Positions 1 to 12,038 of a DNA stretch of 64,000 nt are shown here, piece by piece; position 1 is the stretch's first letter, and each line of letters opens with the position of its first letter. Position numbers and translations under genes: made by a program. The stretch is from Octopus bimaculoides (lineage: Eukaryota), in assembly GCF_001194135.2 (NCBI RefSeq), contig NC_068991.1, positions 13,145,893-13,209,892 of the forward strand, written 5' to 3'. The notes under the pieces are model-generated. The model was not told the DNA's origin. It worked only from the letters and a program-made list of their open reading frames with translations, and made no database searches.

Positions 1-439
1 TGTCCGATAGTTTATGACAGTGGTGTGTGGAGTGATTTGAGTGAGATTTAGCTGCTATTTCTAACAAGTGTGGCGACCACGAAAGAGTCTCCCTTGTTGA
101 CTGAGATGTCGTTGTTACTGTTGTTGTTGTTGCTATTGTGATGATGTTGTTGTTGCTGTTGTGGCCATCGTCATTACAAAAAGTATTACGTAGTTTGGTA
201 TATAAACCTTTTCTCCATTCCCACCACACCCACCACCACTGTTTCGAATGTTGTTGTCTTTGTTAAAGATATTGGCTTTGACTTTCGTTGTATTTGTTTG
301 ATGAATTGTTTGATGAACTGTTTGTTTGTTTGATGGCTTGTATTTTGATTGTGCGTTTGATGGTCTGTATGTTGAACAATTTGATTGACTGTCTGATGGT
401 CTTTATTGTTGGATGACTTGTTTATATATTCGATTCTTT

Positions 440-664
440 GTACTTTGATAGTCGGTGATGATGACAATGATGATGATGATGATAATAATAAAGGTGACGA
501 TGATGATGATGATGATGATGGATTAGAATAATAATGGTGATGACAAGGAGCAGAAGAATGACGAAGACGATAATGGTGACGATGAATAATAAATAATGCT
601 TATGATGATGATAATAACGATGATTATGATGATGATAAGAGGAAGGAGGGCAAGGAAGAAGCGA

Positions 665-721
<57 letters not shown>

Positions 722-745
722 TTCATGAGGATGATGATAAGAAGA
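440..745. repeat. (GAT)n / (GAT,AAT,GAC) compound microsatellite
   Basis: Long runs of gatgatgat with interruptions; source of the poly-H/M/I ORFs at 422-823. Confidence 0.95.
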
Positions 746-787
746 AGGAAAAGAAGAGGTAGTATAGGCATGCATCAGGCATCAGCA

Positions 788-1268
788 TATGTTTACGAGA
801 ATGACAAAGCGTTCGTACTGTGAGATAAACCAAAAAGACACACAGGCAGGAAAATTGTCAAGGACAATCGACCAGATATCGGTCTCAAGGACTATGCCTC
901 CTAACCGACACGTTAGTCACAACAGATGACATTGTATCTCCTGAAGAAATTAAAAAAAAAAAAATTATTGAAAAGTATAAAGAACTGGAAATAGAGACCC
1001 ACCAAATGTGGGGCCTGAAAGTAGAAACAATGCTATAATGTTTTCGCCCTGGGAACGAAAAAACAGAAATGTGCAGACGAATGCTTAACTTAAACTTCAG
1101 AACTTACAAATGTGAGCAACATAGAGAAAATAGCACTCCTAGGCGTTGTACACATGTTACATAGAATAATTTCAATGCAGTAAAAATAACAAAAACGAAA
1201 AGAAAATACTGCTCACACCCAAGGGCACACAGAGCTGTATTAGGTAGTGTAGTGAAGGCATGCCATGA
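788..1268 (+). pseudogene. Decayed 3' end (restriction-like endonuclease domain plus 3' UTR) of an R4/Dong/NeSL-type non-LTR retrotransposon
   Basis: Manual translation across stops and frameshifts gives ENDKAFVL*DKP..NRPDI(866-880)GLKD / CLLTD..DDIVSPEEI / KYKELEIE..MWGLKVET / ALGT / IEKIALLGVVHMLHR. This matches the RLE motif order ILWD..RPD..D..E.K..KY..L..W..GALG..IQK.ALLGT. Ends at an (ATT)n tract. Confidence 0.85.
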
Positions 1269-1269
1269 A

Positions 1270-1353
<84 letters not shown>

Positions 1354-1364
1354 TATTATTATTA
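1268..1364. repeat. (ATT)n microsatellite abutting the RLE remnant
   Basis: About 30 attatt units. Confidence 0.95.
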
Positions 1365-1724
1365 CGGAACTGTGCGCTAGTTTTTTTCTTAGTCTATTGT
1401 TATTGATGATAATTGTGATGATGACGATGATGATAATGATACTGGTGGTAGTAGTGACGGTGATCTCTTCTAGCTGCCAGTATTGTTGCTGTTGCTATCG
1501 ATGATGATGATGATGATGATGACGGTGATAATTCTGATGATGATAATGACGATGTCGACAAAGATAAGGATGGGCTAAAGTAACAGTATTGAGATCTACT
1601 TACGCTCCTCCATGCAAACTGACCACACATATATATATATAAGAGGAACAGGCATAATGAAAGATAATCATAATAGACAAACATATTAATATATTATATA
1701 TTTTAATTAGCCACGGGAAAGCTG

Positions 1725-1850
1725 GATGAAAGTGAAAGCGAAAGTAATGGAAGATATTGAAAAATATTTGGATTTGGCTACGGAGAAATGGGCGCTGAGA
1801 GTGAATGTTATCCCTGCTGTAACTAAGGGCATTGAGAACAGACAGTTGTT
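1725..1850 (+). pseudogene. Second, more divergent RLE-domain retrotransposon fragment
   Basis: Translates KVKAKVMEDIEKYLDLATEKWALRVNVIPAVT, then GALRT after a frameshift; resembles the EKIEKYQDLA.E..W..KV.VIP.V.GALGT stretch of RLE elements. Confidence 0.6.
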
Positions 1851-2499
1851 CATGTGACTGAGTGTTATATAACGATTAAGATTAGGAATCTAAGTAGATA
1901 AAAAAAATCTCTTAGCATTTATTCTATTAAGAATCAGTCGATACAATCCTTGAGAAACTTAATTTCAAGAAGAGACATAACTACCCCTGTTGATAGAATT
2001 AACGTGAATCTTTTATTTTATATACTGATAATGATAACATCAATGATAAATCATTCCAGGGGTTATACATTTATACACCCTGTTATAAATTTATACTCTG
2101 TGAGAAATTTATACGCTCTGTTATAGATTTATATACCGCTGTTAGATACAGCCCACATCTTCCGCAAAACTCATTCAGTTTAAGAGCACAAGCTACTCTT
2201 ATATATTTACTGCACAGCAGATACACAACACATGCTTTATACAGGTATTACGTAATAAATTAAGACAATTCAGTCAACACATGATTTACAGAGATAACCA
2301 CCCAATAATATAATGCCATACAATACCCCTTATATAATAGATACCCGATATATTTCTCATCCCGCATACCACCAGCAGCAATTCACACAAATTGCATTCT
2401 ACGGTAATATAACACGATCTGCGAAAACATATACTGCATGTAAACTACTTAATCATCGTCCTACTATGATCTCTAAGTTAGACATGAGGTTAGTAATTA

Positions 2500-2705
2500 T
2501 GAGGAGAGGCAGGGAGTCGATTAGATCGAACCCCAGTACGAAACTGGTATTTTTTTTATGGAGTCTGGTGGAGGAGGAAAAAGCAAAGCTAGCCTTGGCA
2601 AGATTTTTTTCTTTATATTCTCTGCCGGAATACAAAGAGCCGGAAGAAATGCAATGAAGCATTTTTTTTCACGACGCTCTTGCTTTTCTGCCAGCTCACT
2701 GCCTA
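2500..2705 (-). mobile_element. Degenerate SINE family A copy
   Basis: gtcgattagatcgaaccccagtacgaaactggt and terminal ttctgccagctcactgcct are reverse complements of family A segments. Confidence 0.65.
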
Positions 2706-2749
2706 CAACAAAACATATACGTAACGTACCTCTTACAATACATACATAC

Positions 2750-2820
2750 CATAATCAGCACTGATCAAAATAACGCAACTCATATTGAACTTAATGTAGA
2801 CAACAAATTGACGAAACTTA
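2750..2820 (-). other. Candidate 71-nt exon, unassigned
   Basis: Minus strand: pyrimidine tract ending ctctccttcag, then 71 nt with one open frame (KFRQFVVYIKFNMSCVILISADY), then G|gtatgt donor; no recognisable homology. Confidence 0.2.
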
Positions 2821-2844
2821 CTGAAGGAGAGCAGAACGGAACGG

Positions 2845-2922
<78 letters not shown>

Positions 2923-3030
2923 NNNNNNNNNNNNNNNNNNNNNNNNNNNNNNNNNNNNNNNNNNNNNNNNNNNNNNNNNNNNNNNNNNNNNNNNNNNNNN
3001 NNNNNNNNNNNNNNNNNNNNNNNNNNNNNN

Positions 3031-3090
<60 letters not shown>

Positions 3091-3169
3091 AACAGATTGT
3101 CACCTTTTCTGCAAACACATTTTTTTCCTAAAGATAACTAATTGTTAATTTTAAAAATCAATTCTTCAC

Positions 3170-3221
3170 CACAAATATACGCACGTTTCGGTTTCTCTTA
3201 CCTCTTCAGTACAAATCTGTG
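3170..3221 (-). ncRNA. Type I hammerhead ribozyme motif (Penelope-like terminal repeat type)
   Basis: Minus strand reads cacag-attt-gta CUGAAGA GGU-aagagaa-ACC GAAAC-gugc-GUA uau-uugug: intact core, 3-bp stem II, self-complementary stem III, GUA cleavage triplet, bulged stem I. Confidence 0.65.
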
Positions 3222-3540
3222 TGACGTTCACGTTTAATAGTCAACTAAATTTCAAAAAAAAGCAATAACATACTAAGGAAACATTCATAGGACGCGTGTA
3301 AATGTTGTGCTAAGTATATCATAGACAAAGTTGTGTATAAGTATAATTGTCAGAGGAAATTAAAACAAATTAACAAGGATTAAAATCGTAACAAGACCTA
3401 CATTCCGCCTTCGTCACGAACTCAACGAGAGCACCTTGCTTCTGTTTGGAACACAACATTTGTTTGCGAGAATAAGAGTTTCTAACGAAGGACAGTTACT
3501 CTACCAACCTGTGCAACTTGAACGACCGTACGTATGGTGT
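3222..3540 (-). pseudogene. Possible decayed C-terminus of a Penelope-like element ORF upstream of the hammerhead
   Basis: Broken frames give PY..SFK and C..LETLILANK...NRS, loosely like the PY..KC.LC..EK..IL...LLNKRSE tail of PLE GIY-YIG ORFs; position fits PLE architecture. Confidence 0.35.
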
Positions 3541-3587
3541 AGGGTGTATCACATAAATATTACGCTTACAATATATAATATAATATG

Positions 3588-3638
<51 letters not shown>

Positions 3639-4372
3639 ATATATGCTTGCGTGACTGTATATGTATGTGCATACACACACATATATGTACATAAATTATA
3701 CAAAATGTACGCAATGTGCATTCAACCGAGTTATCTCATCTTCTTGCATCAACAGAATATTATTTCTGAATGTTATATTTGACATATATGAAAACGCACG
3801 CATACACATAGTATGTATAAGCATATATATTATATATGTGTGCGTGTGTGTATAATATATATATATATGCATATATATATATATACACACACACACATAC
3901 ATACATTCGTAAACTGCAACTCACACAGTCACGCTCACATACACAAGCATGGGGCTACTGCATGTGTGTCTACATATATAATAGATTCATATGTGCATAT
4001 ATTTATAAATGTATAAAGAGAGAGATGCACAAATACACATACATACATACACAAAGATTCATGCATAAACGCATACATATATGCAATACATATATGTGCA
4101 TAATGTATGCCTGTATGTTTGTATGTGTATGAATACATAAACACATACATACGTACATATATATATATGTATCGGTGTTCACACACAGCCGTACAATCAG
4201 TACGCCAAATTTCCTTATATAATCACTGAGAAATGTCATTCACCAAACAGGGAGAACGCAACCTAAAATGAGTTATCTTGTGGATTATGTCCTGAAATTC
4301 TTGGAATCCAGCAGAGTAGAAGAGGTGCAGAAGAAGTAGAGGTAAAGAGAAAGAAACAGAACAGATGGGAAA

Positions 4373-4438
<66 letters not shown>

Positions 4439-5408
4439 NNNNNNNNNNNNNNNNNNNNNNNNNNNNNNNNNNNNNNNNNNNNNNNNNNNNNNNNNNNNNN
4501 NNNNNNNNNNNNNNNNNNNNNNNNNNNNNNNNNNNNNNNNNNNNNNNNNNNNNNNNNNNNNNNNNNNNNNNNNNNNNNNNNNNNNNNNNNNNNNNNNNNN
4601 NNNNNNNNNNNNNNNNNNNNNNNNNNNNNNNNNNNNNNNNNNNNNNNNNNNNNNNNNNNNNNNNNNNNNNNNNNNNNNNNNNNNNNNNNNNNNNNNNNNN
4701 NNNNNNNNNNNNNNNNNNNNNNNNNNNNNNNNNNNNNNNNNNNNNNNNNNNNNNNNNNNNNNNNNNNNNNNNNNNNNNNNNNNNNNNNNNNNNNNNNNNN
4801 NNNNNNNNNNNNNNNNNNNNNNNNNNNNNNNNNNNNNNNNNNNNNNNNNNNNNNNNNNNNNNNNNNNNNNNNNNNNNNNNNNNNNNNNNNNNNNNNNNNN
4901 NNNNNNNNNNNNNNNNNNNNNNNNNNNNNNNNNNNNNNNNNNNNNNNNNNNNNNNNNNNNNNNNNNNNNNNNNNNNNNNNNNNNNNNNNNNNNNNNNNNN
5001 NNNNNNNNNNNNNNNNNNNNNNNNNNNNNNNNNNNNNNNNNNNNNNNNNNNNNNNNNNNNNNNNNNNNNNNNNNNNNNNNNNNNNNNNNNNNNNNNNNNN
5101 NNNNNNNNNNNNNNNNNNNNNNNNNNNNNNNNNNNNNNNNNNNNNNNNNNNNNNNNNNNNNNNNNNNNNNNNNNNNNNNNNNNNNNNNNNNNNNNNNNNN
5201 NNNNNNNNNNNNNNNNNNNNNNNNNNNNNNNNNNNNNNNNNNNNNNNNNNNNNNNNNNNNNNNNNNNNNNNNNNNNNNNNNNNNNNNNNNNNNNNACAAC
5301 AACATGAAACAACTATGATGAATCTGCATGATGTTTATTCATTCATTGAAAGTGTAAAAACGGTTACTTAAGAATAAATATTCTTTTGCTCGTTTCAGTT
5401 ATTCATTT

Positions 5409-5630
5409 TTTTTATTGCCCACAAGGGGCTAAACATAGAGGGGACAGACAAGGACAGACAAAGGGATTAAGTCGATTACATGGACCCCAGTGCGTAACTG
5501 GTACTTATTTAATCGACCCCGAAAGGATGAAAGGCAAAGTCGACCTCGGCGGAATTTGAACTCGGAACGTAACAGCAGACGAAATACCGCTGGGCAGTTC
5601 GCCCGGCGAGCTAAAGTTTCTGCCAGCTCG
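5409..5630 (-). mobile_element. SINE family A (tRNA-derived; central gaggtcgactttgcctttcatcctttcggggtcgat domain)
   Basis: Near-full reverse-complement copy of the family seen at 10908, 33064 and 50061; B-box-like gagttcaaattcc. Confidence 0.9.
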
Positions 5631-6408
5631 TTTCAGTTATTCAACTGCGGCCATGCAGTAGCATCACCTTGGAAAGTTTGGTGGAACCCCCTCCCCCCCA
5701 GTATTTATTTTCTTTTAAAGTTTAATATATATTCTATCGGTTGCTTTTCATCGAACCGTTAATTTACAGAGATGTAAGCAAACCAACACCGGTTGTCGAG
5801 CGGTAGAGGTACAAACGCTAAGCTGCATATATGCACGTAGATGCGGGGAAGTAGAGAAGCGCAAGGGGAGGTAAGGTTCAGAATCAGACAGGGGTTTTCA
5901 GCATTTTTTTTTGTAACGAACGGTTATAGAAAAAGACAAAAAGAAAAGAAAAAAAAAAAGAAAAGACTATTTAAGAAGCGTCACACAAACTTCCAGAGGC
6001 TTCTGTTGAAGACCAATAATGGTAAAGAGAACGGGTGACAACTGTATCTGGTACATACCGCCGCCAAATACATATACATACGAACTCTTTTGTATACGCA
6101 TGTATATGTGTGCGAATATGTATGCATATATATATATATAATGTATATAATATACATACATGTATATCATAAATTTACATACCCGTGTATACACACACAT
6201 ATACACGCATATATGTGTACACACACACACACACACAAACACACAGATGCATGTATCAGATTGAGCCAAAATGTGCCAAAATCACTGTGATTTTCTCTCA
6301 GCAGATGAAGGGAATGTCCCGCAGTGCAAGCTGTTTATTAAATATATATGTATGTGTGTGTATATACATACATACATACATACATACGTACGTATGTGCA
6401 TATATGTA

Positions 6409-6439
<31 letters not shown>

Positions 6440-6556
6440 ATGGTTATGTATGTATATATGAGTATATATGTGTGTCTGAGTATATATGTTAGTATGTATA
6501 TGTATACAAACACATACGTATATATACGTGTATTTGAGTAATTATATATAAGTCTG

Positions 6557-6596
<40 letters not shown>

Positions 6597-7845
6597 GCAC
6601 GTGTAAACACACACACAAATTCTTTCTTCTCTTTTTCACTCTATTTCTCTCTATAAATATATGTCGCAAGATACACACTTCTACACTCGTATGTGTATCT
6701 CTCNNNNNNNNNNNNNNNNNNNNNNNNNNNNNNNNNNNNNNNNNNNNNNNNNNNNNNNNNNNNNNNNNNNNNNNNNNNNNNNNNNNNNNNNNNNNNNNNN
6801 NNNNNNNNNNNNNNNNNNNNNNNNNNNNNNNNNNNNNNNNNNNNNNNNNNNNNNNNNNNNNNNNNNNNNNNNNNNNNNNNNNNNNNNNNNNNNNNNNNNN
6901 NNNNNNNNNNNNNNNNNNNNNNNNNNNNNNNNNNNNNNNNNNNNNNNNNNNNNNNNNNNNNNNNNNNNNNNNNNNNNNNNNNNNNNNNNNNNNNNNNNNN
7001 NNNNNNNNNNNNNNNNNNNNNNNNNNNNNNNNNNNNNNNNNNNNNNNNNNNNNNNNNNNNNNNNNNNNNNNNNNNNNNNNNNNNNNNNNNNNNNNNNNNN
7101 NNNNNNNNNNNNNNNNNNNNNNNNNNNNNNNNNNNNNNNNNNNNNNNNNNNNNNNNNNNNNNNNNNNNNNNNNNNNNNNNNNNNNNNNNNNNNNNNNNNN
7201 NNNNNNNNNNNNNNNNNNNNNNNNNNNNNNNNNNNNNNNNNNNNNNNNNNNNNNNNNNNNNNNNNNNNNNNNNNNNNNNNNNNNNNNNNNNNNNNNNNNN
7301 NNNNNNNNNNNNNNNNNNNNNNNNNNNNNNNNNNNNNNNNNNNNNNNNNNNNNNNNNNNNNNNNNNNNNNNNNNNNNNNNNNNNNNNNNNNNNNNNNNNN
7401 NNNNNNNNNNNNNNNNNNNNNNNNNNNNNNNNNNNNNNNNNNNNNNNNNNNNNNNNNNNNNNNNNNNNNNNNNNNNNNNNNNNNNNNNNNNNNNNNNNNN
7501 NNNNNNNNNNNNNNNNNNNNNNNNNNNNNNNNNNNNNNNNNNNNNNNNNNNNNNNTATATATCGAGTTTGAAGTTTCTGTCTCTTTTAAATATACAAATT
7601 TAAAAGTTAAAAACCTTGAAATATAAATATAAACTGTGAGAACGACCCTTAAGGAATCTAGTTAATGATCCCCTAAGGTAAGTTCTTATGCTATATTGGT
7701 AACATGTTTCGGTTCTTGAAAAGACGAACCTTATCAAAAATACATATTTAAAAAAAAATGTATTAAAAGAAAAGTTCATAATTGTTTCTTAGTGGTGTCA
7801 CCATAGTCCACGTGGGAGCGCTTTTTTGTGTGGGGACATAATGGC

Positions 7846-8017
7846 TGTTCTCTATGTGGCCTGTTTGTTTTTTGTGCTCTGTTTATGTTCTCTTTTTCAT
7901 TTTGTCCACGTTTATTTTTTTGTGACGTCCTGTACCCAGATATGCATCTATATATACATGTAGATGTAGGTATGTACATACATGTACGTATATATGCATA
8001 TACTTACATATTATTTG

Positions 8018-8022
<5 letters not shown>
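7846..8022. repeat. Dispersed repeat, second copy at 47760-47898
   Basis: Shared tgttctctatgtggc...gtcctgtacccagatatgca..tata.atac..gt.gatgt.ggtatg.acata...gtacgtatatatgcatatact. Confidence 0.75.
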
Positions 8023-8054
<32 letters not shown>

Positions 8055-8160
8055 CTTAAATGTAAATGTTTGTAATTCCTGTTAGCAAATGAAACACGTG
8101 GAATGGAGAATAGATAATACCAAAGAATTTCCACTTCCCTGTTTTATTTTATATATACTC

Positions 8161-8737
8161 TATTACTCTTTTACTTGTTTCAGTCATTTGACTGTGGCCA
8201 TGCTGGAGCACCACCTTTAGTCGAGCAAATCGACCCCAGGACTTATTCTTTGTAAGCCTATATGTNNNNNNNNNNNNNNNNNNNNNNNNNNNNNNNNNNN
8301 NNNNNNNNNNNNNNNNNNNNNNNNNNNNNNNNNNNNNNNNNNNNNNNNNNNNNNNCTGCATTTAAATGTCTAATCGAATACATCGGCCCAAGTACTCGTT
8401 TTTCTAAAGACTAGTACTTTTTTATCGGTTCCTTTTGCTGAACTGCTAAGTTACGGGTGGGTGAGGTGCATAAACACACCAACATCGGCTGTCATGTGGT
8501 GGCGTGAGACAAACACAAACATACACACACACACACATACACACACACACACATACACACACACACACATATATATATTACGAAGAGCTTCTTTCAGTTT
8601 CCGTTTACCAAATCCACTCACAAAGCTTTGGTCAGCCCGACGGTATAGTAAAGGATTCTTATACAAGTTGCCACGCAATGGGATTGAAACCAGAACGATG
8701 TGGTTGAGAAGCAAACTTCTTACCAGACAGCCACGCC
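8161..8737 (-). mobile_element. SINE family C (CORE-like, internal microsatellite), interrupted by a gap
   Basis: Tail tactcttttacttgtttcagtcatttgactg and head cttaccagacagccacgcc match copies at 44041 and 58106. Confidence 0.85.
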
Positions 8738-8776
8738 ACACATACATAAACACGTGTGTGTGTGCGTGAGCGCCTG

Positions 8777-8820
<44 letters not shown>

Positions 8821-9253
8821 GCATGCACACACACACATGTATTTGCGCCTGCACACATATATGTATGTCTTGAAATGGAGGAAGACAGAAGAGAACTCGA
8901 AAAATAAGAAGACAAAAGAAGGAGAAAACAATAGAAAAGAAGGCAAAGACACAAGACTTCAAAACAAGACGGATGAAGACAAATAATGATCAAAAGTAAC
9001 AAAAAAAAAAAAAGAAAAGAAAAGGAAGACAAAGACAGATGTGAAAGACACAAGACGAAGCTCGCGTAAGCCAATGGCAAAATAAGGCGCTTGAAACGTA
9101 AGACGACATAATTGCCTTCAGACACAAAAGAGCTGAGCTGTTGTAAAGAAGGTAGAAAAAAAAAATGGCGTTCGCTATCGCTTCGCAGCCATATTGTACC
9201 GTAGTCTTACTGAGATTGTGCATGGTTTGCGTGTGGGTTTTATATGTTATTAG

Positions 9254-9288
<35 letters not shown>

Positions 9289-10411
9289 TGTTTGCGCGCG
9301 GTGTTTGTGTCGTTACATATAATTAATGACTTGTTCAGATATTTTGAATATTGAATGACAAAACACGCTTACGTAAACGCAACACACATGTACACATGCA
9401 CAGACGCATATTCACACACTCACAAAATACACACACATACATACATATGCATATATGCATATGCATACATACATATATATATACATACATACACGCATGC
9501 ATGAATATACATACATACATGCATATATATACAAATATATATAGTATGTATATATATACATACATATACATAATCACACACACTTATACGTATACAAACG
9601 TACTTTAAGAATTTGTACACACACACACACAAACAGACACACACATATATATAACGTAACATAATAGTAGGAAATAAAGACAAGCTATATGTGTGAGTGC
9701 TTGCGCGTGCGCGTGCGTGTTGTGTGACTACTGTACGCACACATAAAACTCCGACGCGCTTTTACATTTCGTCGTGTGCTATACGTTCGTTAAATTGATT
9801 TTGATGCTTATTATCTCAAGTAGACATAAAGACACTCTCAGCATTCCCATCCGTCACTTAACGGATCATTTACGATCTGAAAGCCGTAGATAGAGAGGGT
9901 CGCACCATCACAGACTCGGTACCTCCTGTATCGACCCAGAAAAAGACGCATGGCAAAGTTGATTTCGATAGGATCTGAATTCAGAGTGCAGATGGCCGGA
10001 GCAGTTATTGGTTTCCAACTGTGAGACAAGGTCAGCAATTTCGGGGATTTTCTCGTTTACTTTACATTGATGAAATGATCTCTTTGGCAAGCTACATCGA
10101 CCAACAAATTCCTCCTCGCAGTACCTTTCTCCACCAAAGTTATGTCTGGCCTTGTAATTCTATCTGTCTGGAATGTAAAACCTCACAAGTGTTTCACAGT
10201 CTGTTTTTTCTGAAGGATTTCCTCTGCTTTACGCTCATACCGTCTCTCAGTGGTTGAAAATCCATATTTCTAGTGGAGGTGTAAGAGCACTTTATCGGGA
10301 CGTTTTTCATATTCCCTCTGTACATGTTTGCCACACTTTCCACTCTCTCCCAACATAACCTACATTTATTTGTTCCATTTGGGTTATACATATTCCTTAT
10401 CGAATTTTTGC

Positions 10412-10470
<59 letters not shown>

Positions 10471-10907
10471 CATTATTATCATCATCATCATCAGAAACCT
10501 AATTCAACACCGTATGTTTCTCTCGTCAGTAACATAGCTTCATAATTGCCACTATGACTCGTTATCAAATGCTAAACATAGAAAAGGATTAAAATGGCGA
10601 GTTGCGCTATGAATCTCCCCGCCACCAGACAGCACTGCAGTATAACGTGCAAAAGAATACATAAATGTTAAAAAGCAGAAAACAAAGAAAGAAATGAAAA
10701 GAGAAAGAAGCAAATATGTTATAATTACTGTGATGAAGTTGCTGTTGTTGTTGTTNNNNNNNNNNNNNNNNNNNNNNNNNNNNNNNNNNNNNNNNNNNNN
10801 NNNNNNNNNNNNNNNNNNNNNNNNNNNNNNNNNNNNNNNNNNNNNNNNNNNNNNNNNNNNNNNNNNNNNNNNNNNNNNNNNNNNNNNNNNNNNNNNNNNN
10901 NNNGGGC

Positions 10908-11330
10908 AAAGGTAGTGAGCTGGCAGAAACGTTAGCACACCGGGTGAAAAGCTTAGCGGTATTTCGTCTGCCGTTACGTTCTCAGTTCAAATTCCGCCGA
11001 GGTCGACTTTGCCTTTCATCCTTTCGGGGTTGATAAATTAAGTACCAGTTACGCACTGGGGTCGATGTAATCGACTTAATCCGTTTGCCTGTCCTTGTTT
11101 GTCCCCTCTGTGTGTAGCCCCTTGTGGGCAGTAAAGAAATAAGAAACGTTAGCACGCCGGGCGAAATGCTTAGCGGTATTTCGTCTGTCTTTATGTACGG
11201 GGTTAAAATTCCGCCGAGGTCAACTTTGCTTTTCATTCTTTCGAGATTGATAAATTAAGTTGAACAATGGGGTCGATCTAATCGACTGGGCCCCTCCCCT
11301 AAAATTTCGGGCCTTGTGCCAAGATTAGAA
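10908..11330 (+). mobile_element. Head-to-tail dimer of SINE family A with two different tails
   Basis: Copy 1 (about 10908-11142) ends gtgggcagtaaagaaata; copy 2 starts at agaaacgttagcacgccgggcg and ends aaatttcgggccttgtgcc. Confidence 0.9.
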
Positions 11331-11337
11331 GGGCAGC

Positions 11338-11503
11338 AATGTCGATTATATTGATTCCAGTACTTGCTTGGTACTTTATTTTATTGTCGCTGACATGATA
11401 AAAGGCGAAGTTGAATCCGGCAGGATTTAAAATTTGAGCATAAAACGCTGCAAAAAAATGTCACTAAGCAATGTCCGCCGCTCTAACGATTCTACCAACT
11501 CGC
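11338..11503 (-). mobile_element. Degenerate SINE family A copy
   Basis: Reverse complement of the head (ctaacgattctaccaactcgc) and of the central domain. Confidence 0.6.
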
Positions 11504-11773
11504 AGTATTCATACATGCATATAATAAAACCTCACAAATATAACGAAAAGTGCCATCTTGTATTTATCTGTTACCCGTTTCAGTCATTTGACTGCGGCCA
11601 TGATGGGAGACCGCCTAGAAGGATTTTAGTCGAACAAACCGAACCTAGTATTCATCCTATCGGTCAACACAGATGAATAAATTCATATTTATTTTCCCAG
11701 CTGGCACATTAATGTTTTTTTTTTGTAGTGGTCATATGTTTATACACATATACATCTGTGTTGTACTATAATC

Positions 11774-12038
11774 CAGGGGTTTTCAAACTATGGTCCGCAA
11801 GGACAAGACAGGGGGTCCGTGGACAGCAAATACTTTTTATGGGCAATTTGATTTTATATATGTTTTTTAATCGAAATCTTTTAATTGACAATAGACCTAT
11901 TTGTTAAATACTGTTAAATAAATAAATGTAAAAATATGTTATTTTAAGCAAATATTTATGTATAAATTTCATAAGCGTTTATAAGGTAAAGCCTGAAATA
12001 TAAAGGGGTCCGCAAGTCAAAAAGTTTGAAAACCCCTG
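11774..12038. mobile_element. hAT-type MITE
   Basis: Perfect 16-bp TIRs CAGGGGTTTTCAAACT / AGTTTGAAAACCCCTG; perfect 8-bp TSD CTATAATC (11766-11773 and 12039-12046); subterminal ggtccg motifs. Confidence 0.95.

Noticed and set aside
9161-9260. Strong-context ATG (aaaaATGGCG) opening MAFAIASQPYCTVVLLRLCMV
   Set aside because: Runs into a (GT)n tract with no good donor; similar AAAATGGCG motifs at 10591 and 52111 also open no ORF
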